Below are positions 38,352 to 47,023 of a stretch of 64,000 bases of DNA, piece after piece; the stretch's first letter is position 1, and each line of letters begins with the position of its first letter. The position numbers were made by a program, and so were the translations under genes. Below the pieces are notes generated by a model that searched no databases, had not been told where the DNA came from, and saw only the letters and a list, made by a program, of their open reading frames with translations. The stretch is from Opitutia bacterium. Lineage in GTDB: Bacteria > Verrucomicrobiota > Verrucomicrobiia > Opitutales > UBA953. The stretch lies in the NCBI GenBank assembly GCA_947378905.1, contig CANCLV010000001.1, positions 8,556-72,555 on the forward strand, read 5' to 3'.

Positions 38352-39899
38352 TCACATTACCTGAGCGGCTAATTCAGAAAGTGCACTACGTACGCCTTGG
38401 AGTAATCTGACGTTAGCGGCGATACTATGCCCTTTCATTCGTTCGTGCGTGTGAATGAGGCCGTTAGATTTGCTGTCGAGGTAAGGGGTGTCGACCTGAT
38501 CGAGGTCACCGATGAGTACCACTTTGGAGCCTTCACCGATACGAGTAATCACGGTCTTGGCTTCATGAGGGGTCATGTTTTGTGCCTCATCAACAATCAT
38601 GAACGCATGCCCGATGGAGCGACCGCGAATAAAGGTCATCGCTTCGATTTCGATTAAACCTGAATCAATGAGCCACTGGTAGGGTTTTCTAGGTTGTCCA
38701 ATTTGTTGAAACTGAGAACCGAAAATAGGCTGAGCTGCTTTCATTGCCTGAGCTTTCTTCTGTTTTCTCTGAGAGTCCGTGGCGATGCTTTGTTTAGTAT
38801 TCGCGGGGACTTGGGCTGCTGCAGGTGCTCCCGTGCGCGAGAATAGAACCTCAAGATTATCGAAGTAAGGCTGAATATAGGGAGATAACTTCTCTTCTTT
38901 GGTTCCAGGTAGTGCGCCAATATCTTTACCGATTTGGACTACTGGACGAGAAACATACAATTTCTTATAGGGTGAGAAATCGCTTAAGACCTGAGAAAGT
39001 GCAGCGGCGATGGATAAGAATGTCTTACCCGTTCCGGCGCGGCCAAAGCAGGTCACTAATTTAATGTCGGGATTAAGAAGTGCATCGAGGAAGATCCATT
39101 GCTCAAAGTTTTTTGGTATGACGCGCATTCCGCGTGGCATTTGTAATCCCTTACGTGCTCCACTAGCTGTGGAAATAAATTCTCGGTAAAGACCTAGCGG
39201 CACAAACGCTCCATCGCCGACGTGACGGGCAGGTTCTGTCCACGAATCTGATGTTAGCATCACGTACTCATTGATGATGGGAGCTGGATCGTCTTTCTTA
39301 AAATTAACTGCAACTTGGGCCACATCACGAAAATCGCGCATCGCGGCTGCCGAAATCGGAATCGAACGATACTCGCCGTAATCACTGATCTCAATACGGT
39401 CATTGCGATAGTCTTGTACTTCGAGGCCTAGGGCTTGAGCTTTAAGTGCCATACAGGCATCCTTGGTTACTAAAATAACCGGACCCTTGGATGTGTCGCG
39501 TAGGTAAAGTGCAGATGCAATGATGCGGTGATCGGGCGCATCGACCTGCATGAATACTGCACGAAGACGTTCATTTTTCGGCCCAGTGAAATGGTCGCGA
39601 ATTAAAGATTCGTTAACAATGATTCTGAGTTCACCGCCATCACGTAAGTCGGCGTGCAAGGCACCAGGCTTAGTGACATCGCCTTCGACAATATCTTTTA
39701 AGCTCTTATTTTCGAAGAGAGAACGTACGGTGCGGTTCACACGACGGGCGCTGGCACCTAACTGACCAGGCTGCGTTTTGTGGCGATCCAGTTCGGAGAG
39801 AACCTCCACTGGGATTGCTACAATATGCTCATCGAACTTAAAGAGCGATTCTGGATCATGAATTAAAACATTCGTGTCCAAGACGTAGGTTTTTTTCAC
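38352..39899 (-). CDS. PIN-domain / PhoH-like ATPase fusion (YlaK type)
   Basis: N-terminal PIN (YVLDTNVLIHDP) and PhoH ATPase motifs (GRAGTGKTF Walker A, IVDEAQN). A ~50-aa Q/K/A-rich insertion lies between Walker A and B. Confidence 0.9.
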   Translation of the reverse strand: MKKTYVLDTNVLIHDPESLFKFDEHIVAIPVEVLSELDRHKTQPGQLGASARRVNRTVRSLFENKSLKDIVEGDVTKPGALHADLRDGGELRIIVNESLIRDHFTGPKNERLRAVFMQVDAPDHRIIASALYLRDTSKGPVILVTKDACMALKAQALGLEVQDYRNDRIEISDYGEYRSIPISAAAMRDFRDVAQVAVNFKKDDPAPIINEYVMLTSDSWTEPARHVGDGAFVPLGLYREFISTASGARKGLQMPRGMRVIPKNFEQWIFLDALLNPDIKLVTCFGRAGTGKTFLSIAAALSQVLSDFSPYKKLYVSRPVVQIGKDIGALPGTKEEKLSPYIQPYFDNLEVLFSRTGAPAAAQVPANTKQSIATDSQRKQKKAQAMKAAQPIFGSQFQQIGQPRKPYQWLIDSGLIEIEAMTFIRGRSIGHAFMIVDEAQNMTPHEAKTVITRIGEGSKVVLIGDLDQVDTPYLDSKSNGLIHTHERMKGHSIAANVRLLQGVRSALSELAAQVM

Positions 39900-39944
39900 A
39901 TACCTACATTCGGCGATTTTTACCTCGGGGGCAACAAGTAAAAA

Positions 39945-40250
39945 TTATTTCTGTACGTCAGCAATCTGTCTTAGGTATTCCCAACTATAGATACCCGTTT
40001 TGTGTCCATCACTGAACTCAAAGGTTACAGCATAGTTACCAACTCTTGATAATTGGATGACGCTGACGCCTGGGAATTGTCGCGGGCCGTCCCCGCCCCA
40101 CCGCTTGCCTAGAATATCCACCTCGCCCATGTTCTCGGCGCTCGGTGAACGTTCACGCAAAAACTCCCCACTCAAAAAATGTTCCGTTAGGTCGGCCCAT
40201 TGTATAGCAACAAAGTCACCGACGATTTCAATTTTGATTGGGGCGGACAT
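39945..40250 (-). CDS. DUF971 (gamma-butyrobetaine hydroxylase N-terminal-like) protein
   Basis: GNYAVTFEFSDGHKTGIYSWEYL is the DUF971 signature. The usual cysteine triad region (LR..CPCA.C, as I recall it) reads LRERSPSAEN here, so the metal ligands appear replaced. Confidence 0.7.
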   Translation of the reverse strand: MSAPIKIEIVGDFVAIQWADLTEHFLSGEFLRERSPSAENMGEVDILGKRWGGDGPRQFPGVSVIQLSRVGNYAVTFEFSDGHKTGIYSWEYLRQIADVQK

Positions 40251-40350
40251 TGATTAGACTTATAAAACAATTCTTTTTGTCGGACAGGCAATCTGTAAAC
40301 ATCGCTGAGCCCTTGACTAAATATCAGATATAAGTGAGGTTCATTTATTC

Positions 40351-40953
40351 GTGACTCCTTCGTTTGAAAAAGTTCGCCAACTTCTCCGTCAGCTCCCTGG
40401 CTTGGGTCACCGCTCGGCAGAACGAATCGCTCTCTTTCTATTGGTTGAGAAGCCTGAAAAATTAGGCCCCATCCTCGAATCTCTTACCGCTGCTGCAAAG
40501 CAGGTAAAACGTTGCAACCGCTGTGGTAGTATTGCCGAAGGAGATCTCTGCGAGGTATGTGTCGACCCTAAGCGCGAAGCGACGTCACTTTGTATTGTCG
40601 AACAGGTACCTGACTTACTCGCTATAGAGCGTTCCCAAGCCCACCGGGGCACCTACCATGTACTCCACGGACGACTCTCCCCCATCAACGGAGTTGGACC
40701 GGAGCATCTCAATTTAGCGTCCCTTGAAAAAAGACTCAAGGATGAGCCGATTAGCGAAGTCGTTCTTGCGCTGGGTAACGATATTGAAGGTGAAGCTACC
40801 TGTCATTACATTCGCGAAAGTATCTCCAACGTTCGTGCCGACATTAAGGTAAGTCGTATTGGCTTTGGATTACCCAGTGGCAGCGGGTTAACTTTTGCTG
40901 ACTCAGCAACGCTTCGCAGTGCGCTGGAGGGTCGTCGCAATGTCGGAGACTAA
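40351..40953 (+). CDS. recR: Recombination protein RecR
   Basis: GTG start. LPGLGHRSAERIA helix-hairpin-helix, a C4 zinc finger CNRCGSIAEGDLCEVC, and a Toprim domain. Confidence 0.95.
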   Translation: MTPSFEKVRQLLRQLPGLGHRSAERIALFLLVEKPEKLGPILESLTAAAKQVKRCNRCGSIAEGDLCEVCVDPKREATSLCIVEQVPDLLAIERSQAHRGTYHVLHGRLSPINGVGPEHLNLASLEKRLKDEPISEVVLALGNDIEGEATCHYIRESISNVRADIKVSRIGFGLPSGSGLTFADSATLRSALEGRRNVGD

Positions 40954-42106
40954 TCCGCTCAATCAATATCCCGAAGTTGCGGAAGACTACTGGATAAATT
41001 TTGTCCAGCAAACTACAGGCATGAACGGCGAAGAAGCGTTGGAGAAAATCACTCCATCCGTGGCGAGACTTTCTGATTTATTTACGATAGATAGACCCGA
41101 TAAAAAGTTTCCGGATTACTTTGCGGATAACGAATTATTATCTGCCTACGGTCTTTTCTTTCTGCCACAAAGTTTTGTTCGCACATCCTATGCCCTTCGA
41201 TTTATCACTGAGGCTAGACAGTGGAAAGCACCGAGTCACCCACTTCGTATTTTAGATCTGGGGTCTGGCCCTGGTTCATGTGGCGTCGCCTGCGCTCACT
41301 ATTTTAAACAGCTAGGTGTAACTGAATTAGAGTTAAATGCTCTTGATCACTCGGCTACGGCCCTGGCTGCACTCGAGCCATTTGCAGAAGCGGTTTTAGG
41401 CAATAAATACGATTTAAAAACGAGGATTGGAGATGCTCACCGAGCTGACACTTGGCCAGCGGGCCCCTTTGACATTATTATCGCTGGATTCGTATTGAAT
41501 GAAATGAAGTCACTCGGTCAGCCTGCACTCATACAGTGGATAGAGTCGATGAAAGATCGGCTTACACCCGATGGGCTTATTTTAATTTTAGAGCCAGCCC
41601 TCAAGGTCACATCGCAACGGTTACAAAAACTGAGTGATCAGGTTGCTGCTGAAGAAATTATTTCAAGAATCGGTCCCGAGTTAGACGCTCACCCCTGTCC
41701 GCAACTAGCCGATGGCGTTCATTGGTCTCACGAGGTTCGTTACTGGCAAGTACCGTCGACAACGGAATTTATTAATCGGAAATTACATCGCGACTTACGT
41801 GATGTCCGCTTCACCTTCGCTGCTTTCTCCAATCAAAAGATTCCGCGCTTAGATAGTTCTGCCATTCGTATCGTATCCGATATCCAAATAATCAAAGGGC
41901 TTATACGTTTTATTGGTGTTCAACATGGACAATTACAAACCGTAGAAGTCTCCACACGTGGTCTCTCTAAGCATGATGTAAAGATTCTGGCCTCGAAATT
42001 TGAACGCGGTGATATTGTCAGCCATTCACAGCCTCCTGCGGCGAAAGTCAGATTGTTAAATAGTGCCGACCTCAAGATTGTTTGGGCTGCTCAGCCGACA
42101 AAATAG
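40940..42106 (+). CDS. Rsm22-like class I SAM-dependent methyltransferase
   Basis: SAM motif I is ILDLGSGPGS. The N-terminal region (LLSAYGLFFLPQSFVRTSYAL) resembles bacterial Rsm22/COG5459 proteins. The start is set at ATG 40940 (MSETNPL), which overlaps recR by 14 nt. Confidence 0.65.
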   Translation: MSETNPLNQYPEVAEDYWINFVQQTTGMNGEEALEKITPSVARLSDLFTIDRPDKKFPDYFADNELLSAYGLFFLPQSFVRTSYALRFITEARQWKAPSHPLRILDLGSGPGSCGVACAHYFKQLGVTELELNALDHSATALAALEPFAEAVLGNKYDLKTRIGDAHRADTWPAGPFDIIIAGFVLNEMKSLGQPALIQWIESMKDRLTPDGLILILEPALKVTSQRLQKLSDQVAAEEIISRIGPELDAHPCPQLADGVHWSHEVRYWQVPSTTEFINRKLHRDLRDVRFTFAAFSNQKIPRLDSSAIRIVSDIQIIKGLIRFIGVQHGQLQTVEVSTRGLSKHDVKILASKFERGDIVSHSQPPAAKVRLLNSADLKIVWAAQPTK

Positions 42107-42187
42107 TCGTAATTAGGGCCTTTGTGACAGGAAAGTGACGAACATCTGTATGTTTTGGGTTAAAATTTCAAAATTTATCGTGTGATA

Positions 42188-42216
42188 GTGACAACGCTTT
42201 CACGAATTGTTATGAG
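42188..42216 (+). promoter_or_regulatory. Candidate promoter of ppk1 (leaderless-type spacing)
   Basis: GTGACA (42188-42193), a 17-nt spacer, then TATGAG (42211-42216), which ends 6 nt before the ATG at 42223. The -10 lacks the terminal T, so this is weak. Confidence 0.25.
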
Positions 42217-42222
42217 TTAGAA

Positions 42223-44292
42223 ATGTTTAACCGTGAGCTCAGCTGGCTAAGTTTCGACCGACGTGTTTTGGAGTTGGCCGAAGATCCTACAGTACCACTT
42301 TTGGAACGTGTACGCTTTCTCTCGATTGTAAGTTCAAACTTAGATGAATTTTTCGAGATCCGTGTTGCTGGTATTATGCAGCAGGAAGAATCAGCAAGTC
42401 ACCCAGCAACTCGTGAATTCTTACAAGAAGTTTTAAAACGTGCCCATAGTTTGGTCAGCTCACAGCAAAATTGTTGGAAGGAACAAATCGTTCCAGCCCT
42501 CGCCCAAGAAGGCATTGATTACAAAGTTAAGGGACAACTTACCAAAATAGAGTTAAACGAACTTTCGGACAGATTCGACAAAGACATCTTGCCTGCATTG
42601 ACCCCACTGGCGATTGACCCCTCTCACCCCTTCCCAGTACTCACCAATAAAGGCCTTTATTTATTGGCCTTATTGCGAGATCCAGAGTCCGGTGAAACAC
42701 GTCGTGCGGTTGTGCCCGTCCCACGCGTCCTTCCTCGTATTTTAGCACTGGGGCCAACTCATAAGCGCTCATTCACTTTACTTAGTATTGTTACCCAGAT
42801 TTTTATCGAACGACTATTCCCTGGTTTGGAATTAAAAGGCTCCTGGGCATTCCGTATTACCCGAAATAGTGATTTATACGTTGATGAAGAAGAAGCCGTT
42901 AACTTACTCGACGCTATTGAAGACGAAATTCGTAATTTGAGAAAAGGTGCACCAGTACGACTCGAAATCGAAGACTCAGTGCCCGATGAAGAACTTAACT
43001 GGTTGTTAAAATCAATTGGTTTAGCAGCAGATAATACCTTCCGCATTCAAGGTCCAATTAACATGATGCGTTTAAGTAGTTTAATCGATCTCGTGAATCG
43101 ACCAGATCTACTCTTCCCTAATTTTTCTTCAGTAACACCGTCAGAATTCAGTGAGCCTTCGAAGATTTTCTCCAAAATTTCCAAAGGGGACATTTTACTA
43201 CACCATCCTTACGAATCATTTACCCCAGTGGTAGATTTACTCCGTCAGGCCGCCAAAGATGATTCCGTCGTTGCAATCAAGTTAACTCTCTATCGAACCA
43301 GTGGCGATTCCCCTATTGTTGAAGCTTTAAAAGAGGCTGCCCAAAACGGCAAGCAAGTCACAGCACTAGTCGAATTACGTGCCCGCTTTGACGAACTCAA
43401 TAATATCGAGTGGTCTCGCCAATTACAAGAAGCCGGTGCCCACGTCGTTTATGGTCTCGCTGGACTTAAGACCCACTGCAAAGCTTGTCTGATTATTCGT
43501 CAGGAAAAGAGTGGCCTCAAACGTTACGTGCATTTGGGAACTGGAAATTACAATCCTAAGACGGCCCGACTTTACACTGACTTCTCTCTGTTCACTGCGG
43601 ATGAAGATATTACCGCCGAAGTTGGTTTGTTGTTTAATGTCTTAACGGGAAATCTCGCTAAACCCAAATTCAAGCACCTGCTTGTTGCACCATTCCATCT
43701 CCATCGTGGAATTCTCGATTTAATTAAGTCAGAAATTTCTGCGGCTAAAGCGGGACGACCTGCACGAATCTTTGCGAAGGTTAACAGCCTCGTGGACCCC
43801 GAAGTCATCAAGGCGCTCTACGAAGCTTCTAATGCCGGTGTCTCGATTCACCTTATCGTAAGAGGTATCTGCTGCCTCATCCCTGGAGTACCGGGTAAGA
43901 GCGAAAACATCAAAGTTTTCAGTGTTTTAGGTCGCTTCCTCGAACATAGTAGACTCTTCCGTTTTGAGAATTCAGTCGGTGATCCAATCATCTTAATGGG
44001 TAGTGCCGACTGGATGCCGCGTAATTTCATGCGTCGAGTCGAGTGCGTCTTTCCAATCAAAAATAAAGTTCTTCGTACTCGAATCGAAAAAGAGATTGTC
44101 AAAGTTTATACGGAGAAACTCGGAGACGTTAAACAGCTTAATTCTGACGGACAGTATCTACCCTGCTCATCCAAGGGACGAAGTGACACTCAAGTGCAGG
44201 AGACTTTCTTAGAGTTAGCTAGAAAGCATTCAGCAGTCAAAGTTAGCGCTGCAAAGAAGACCCCAAGCAAATCCGTTCGACGGCTCCGTTAA
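42223..44292 (+). CDS. ppk1: Polyphosphate kinase 1
   Basis: MFNRELSWLSFDRRVLELAED N-terminus, the NLDEFF motif, and two PLD-like C-terminal domains (KTHCKACLI, HLGTGNYN). Length 689 aa. Confidence 0.97.
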   Translation: MFNRELSWLSFDRRVLELAEDPTVPLLERVRFLSIVSSNLDEFFEIRVAGIMQQEESASHPATREFLQEVLKRAHSLVSSQQNCWKEQIVPALAQEGIDYKVKGQLTKIELNELSDRFDKDILPALTPLAIDPSHPFPVLTNKGLYLLALLRDPESGETRRAVVPVPRVLPRILALGPTHKRSFTLLSIVTQIFIERLFPGLELKGSWAFRITRNSDLYVDEEEAVNLLDAIEDEIRNLRKGAPVRLEIEDSVPDEELNWLLKSIGLAADNTFRIQGPINMMRLSSLIDLVNRPDLLFPNFSSVTPSEFSEPSKIFSKISKGDILLHHPYESFTPVVDLLRQAAKDDSVVAIKLTLYRTSGDSPIVEALKEAAQNGKQVTALVELRARFDELNNIEWSRQLQEAGAHVVYGLAGLKTHCKACLIIRQEKSGLKRYVHLGTGNYNPKTARLYTDFSLFTADEDITAEVGLLFNVLTGNLAKPKFKHLLVAPFHLHRGILDLIKSEISAAKAGRPARIFAKVNSLVDPEVIKALYEASNAGVSIHLIVRGICCLIPGVPGKSENIKVFSVLGRFLEHSRLFRFENSVGDPIILMGSADWMPRNFMRRVECVFPIKNKVLRTRIEKEIVKVYTEKLGDVKQLNSDGQYLPCSSKGRSDTQVQETFLELARKHSAVKVSAAKKTPSKSVRRLR

Positions 44293-45445
44293 ATCCATCT
44301 TTGTCGCCAAGGATATCCACTTCCATTCGTACATACATGAGTGGCAGTGATGGACGGAAGCGCGACTGTAGGCGTACCGCATCTTTCTCGGTTGTCACAA
44401 TGAGTTCAGCTTTTGCTTGGATGGCTGACTCTAAAACTTCATCCAAGTCTTCGTCATTAAAGGCGTGGTGATCCAGGAATCGACGGTTGGAGACAATTTT
44501 AGCACCTTGGGCTAATAAGGTTTCTTCGAATCGCTCAGGAGTCGCGATACCAGAGAAGGCGGCGATGCGTTTTCCGGCTAAGAAACCCAGCGGTAAATGT
44601 TGAGTTCCATCAATTTCGATAAGCTCCTTGGCGTCGTGAGCACAGGAAATGATTTCAACCTTGGGATTATGCTTACGAATCAAGGCAACCAACTCGGGAT
44701 CTGGTGTGCCCGTTGATTTGGTAAGAAAAATATACGACGCGCGACTGAGATTTCGAACAGGCTCACGAAGAATTCCGCGCGGCAATAAATTGCGGTTTCC
44801 GAAGGGGTTCCGGCTATCCACCAGCAGTAAGTTAATCTGACCGCGTAATGGCAGATACTGTAGGCCGTCGTCTAAAATAATAGTATCCACGCCATATTGG
44901 CGAAGCGCATATCGACCACCCTCAACACGATTACGGTCAACAATAACAATGACGCCGTACTTTACTAAGTTAGTTGCTAACATGAACGGCTCGTCCCCTG
45001 CCTCATCGGGACCAGCGAGAACGCTTTTACCGTCAGATACTGTTAGAGGATCCGGGCGACGTCCCTGAGTGAGCCAACGCCAAAATCTCTTCATCATCGA
45101 GTCACTCGCACCTTTATAACCTCGGGACAAAATGGCTACCTTACGTCCACGTTGGGCGAGCACTTGGGCCATTTTCATAACCACAGGTGTTTTGCCTGTA
45201 CCACCCACGGTTAGATTTCCGACAACGACTACTTTGCACCCCAGGTGGGTGTCCCGGATGAGTCTGTGACGGTAAAGCCACAGACGAAATTTTACTAACA
45301 CCTCAAATACGAGAGAAAGCAGCCAGAGAATGAATCCTAGAAAAGTTGCAAATACCCCTGTTTTACGGTCATAAACGAGGTCAGTGGCGTATCCAGCAAT
45401 AGCCTCACGAAGGGTCGAAAATATTCCTCGGTGCTTAGGTCTCAT
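44243..45445 (-). CDS. lpxK: Tetraacyldisaccharide 4'-kinase
   Basis: N-terminal membrane helix followed by the P-loop [13 protein letters not shown], then ILSRGYKG. Longer (400 aa) than E. coli LpxK. Confidence 0.9.
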   Translation of the reverse strand: MRPKHRGIFSTLREAIAGYATDLVYDRKTGVFATFLGFILWLLSLVFEVLVKFRLWLYRHRLIRDTHLGCKVVVVGNLTVGGTGKTPVVMKMAQVLAQRGRKVAILSRGYKGASDSMMKRFWRWLTQGRRPDPLTVSDGKSVLAGPDEAGDEPFMLATNLVKYGVIVIVDRNRVEGGRYALRQYGVDTIILDDGLQYLPLRGQINLLLVDSRNPFGNRNLLPRGILREPVRNLSRASYIFLTKSTGTPDPELVALIRKHNPKVEIISCAHDAKELIEIDGTQHLPLGFLAGKRIAAFSGIATPERFEETLLAQGAKIVSNRRFLDHHAFNDEDLDEVLESAIQAKAELIVTTEKDAVRLQSRFRPSLPLMYVRMEVDILGDKDGFNGAVERICLGSSLQR

Positions 45446-45513
45446 GGGTGTAAACTATGCAAACTTGTTTGACGCAGGCAGGCAACCCGATTGAGAAGGG
45501 ACGCAACGAGTCT

Positions 45514-45915
45514 ATGCTCTATCACCTTTTACGCACCAAGTTACTGCGCGCTGAAGTCACCGGTGCCCGCATCGATTATGAGGGTTCTTTAGCCATAGAC
45601 AGCGAATTAATGGCCTTAGTGGGCATGCTTCCCTACGAGAAAATCTTAGTGGGTAATATCGCTAATGGTGAGCGTTTTGAGACCTATGCGATCCCCGCTC
45701 CAGCTGGTTCGCGACAAATTTGCCTGAACGGTGCCACTGCCCACTTGGGTAAAGTAGGTGACTTATTAGTAGTAATGACCTTTGCTGAGGTCACACCCGA
45801 AGAAGCCAAATCCTGGCATCCAAAAACGGTTACCCTTTCCCACCAGAACAAAAAAGTTGTTCGAATCGAAAACCCCGACGTCTCCAAAGACCTTCTCAAT
45901 ACTTTCCAAAAATGA
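45514..45915 (+). CDS. panD: Aspartate 1-decarboxylase (pyruvoyl-dependent)
   Basis: [29 protein letters not shown] contains the G-S self-processing site. The start is set at ATG 45514; the ORF-track start at 45457 adds a non-homologous leader. Confidence 0.93.
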   Translation: MLYHLLRTKLLRAEVTGARIDYEGSLAIDSELMALVGMLPYEKILVGNIANGERFETYAIPAPAGSRQICLNGATAHLGKVGDLLVVMTFAEVTPEEAKSWHPKTVTLSHQNKKVVRIENPDVSKDLLNTFQK

Positions 45916-46991
45916 GTTACCGCTTATACATTCCAGGACCACTCACTGTTTCTGAATCCATCATTAAGGCGATGGGCAAGCCCATGATTGGTCACCGATC
46001 TAAAGACTTCGTTGCATTGTACGAAGACATGCAACCTCGTCTTCAGAAAATGTTCTATACCACTGACCCCGTCTATTTAAGTACGAGTTCAGCTTGGGGC
46101 GTCATGGAAGGTGCCCTTCGCAATGTTTGTAAGAAAGGCGTTCTCAACTGTATGAACGGTGCGTTTTCCGATAAATGGAACGACGTAGCCAAGCGCTGCG
46201 GTAAATATGCGGAGGCTCTCCAATTCGACTGGGGTAAGCCAGTGGATCCAGTTGCTGTCCGCAAAGCACTCGCAACGGGTAAGTTCGATTGCATCACTTT
46301 CATCCATTCAGAAACCTCCACCGGCACTCTTTCTAATATTGCCGAAATCATGGCAGTCATCCGCGAGTTCCCCGACGTCATCTCAATTGCCGACTCGGTA
46401 AGCTCATTCTCCACCTTACCTATTAAGAAAGACGAACTGGGTATTGATATTCTTCTTACCGGTTCACAAAAGGCCCTCGCCCTGCCTCCTGGCTTAGCGA
46501 TTTTCTCAGTCAGTGAGCGTGCCCGTACTCGGGCTAAGGAACTTTCCGATCGTGGTTACTACTTCGATTTAATCGAGTTCCACGATAACCACACCAAGGG
46601 CATGACCCCTTCAACGCCTTGCATTTCATTATTCTACGGACTCCAACAGCGTCTCGTCGAAGTTGAAGCTGAAGGTCTGGAGAATCGCTACGAACGTCAC
46701 CGTCGCTTAAATGAAATGGTGCGCAATTGGGGACTAGCTAAAGGTTTTAATTTATTACCGAGCCCAGAATTTGCTACGCGTGGTTTAAACTGCTTTAAGA
46801 ATGACCGTAATGCAGATTTAGAACGCTTACTGAAAACTCTTAAGTCACGTCATAAACTGGTGATCGATGGTGGATACGGAAAATTAAAAGGTAAAACCTT
46901 CCGAATCTCCAACATGGGCGACGAAACGGACGCCACTATTTCCACACTCATTGCCGCGCTTGATGACTCTTTCGCTGAGCAAGGAATATAA
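45912..46991 (+). CDS. Class V pyridoxal-phosphate aminotransferase (AGXT / serine-pyruvate / SerC-like)
   Basis: [12 protein letters not shown]-terminus, HSETSTG, and [11 protein letters not shown] (PLP lysine). ATGA overlap with panD. Confidence 0.8.
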   Translation: MSYRLYIPGPLTVSESIIKAMGKPMIGHRSKDFVALYEDMQPRLQKMFYTTDPVYLSTSSAWGVMEGALRNVCKKGVLNCMNGAFSDKWNDVAKRCGKYAEALQFDWGKPVDPVAVRKALATGKFDCITFIHSETSTGTLSNIAEIMAVIREFPDVISIADSVSSFSTLPIKKDELGIDILLTGSQKALALPPGLAIFSVSERARTRAKELSDRGYYFDLIEFHDNHTKGMTPSTPCISLFYGLQQRLVEVEAEGLENRYERHRRLNEMVRNWGLAKGFNLLPSPEFATRGLNCFKNDRNADLERLLKTLKSRHKLVIDGGYGKLKGKTFRISNMGDETDATISTLIAALDDSFAEQGI

Positions 46992-47010
46992 CCACGATTT
47001 GACAAGCGGT

Positions 47011-47016
47011 TATAAT
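47011..47016 (+). promoter_or_regulatory. Perfect TATAAT box 7 nt upstream of the topB start codon
   Basis: TATAAT (47011-47016), then cctacgc, then ATG at 47024. No SD. The -35 at canonical spacing is poor (ATAACC), and a TTGACA at 46999-47004 is too close to pair with it. Confidence 0.3.
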
Positions 47017-47023
47017 CCTACGC

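Noticed and set aside
38352-39899. The PIN-PhoH protein considered as a toxin or defence module, with the adjacent DUF971 as a partner.
   Set aside because: This fused PIN + PhoH architecture is the widespread housekeeping YlaK type. There is no antitoxin-sized partner, no mobile context, and the gene sits among core genes (mutS, recR).
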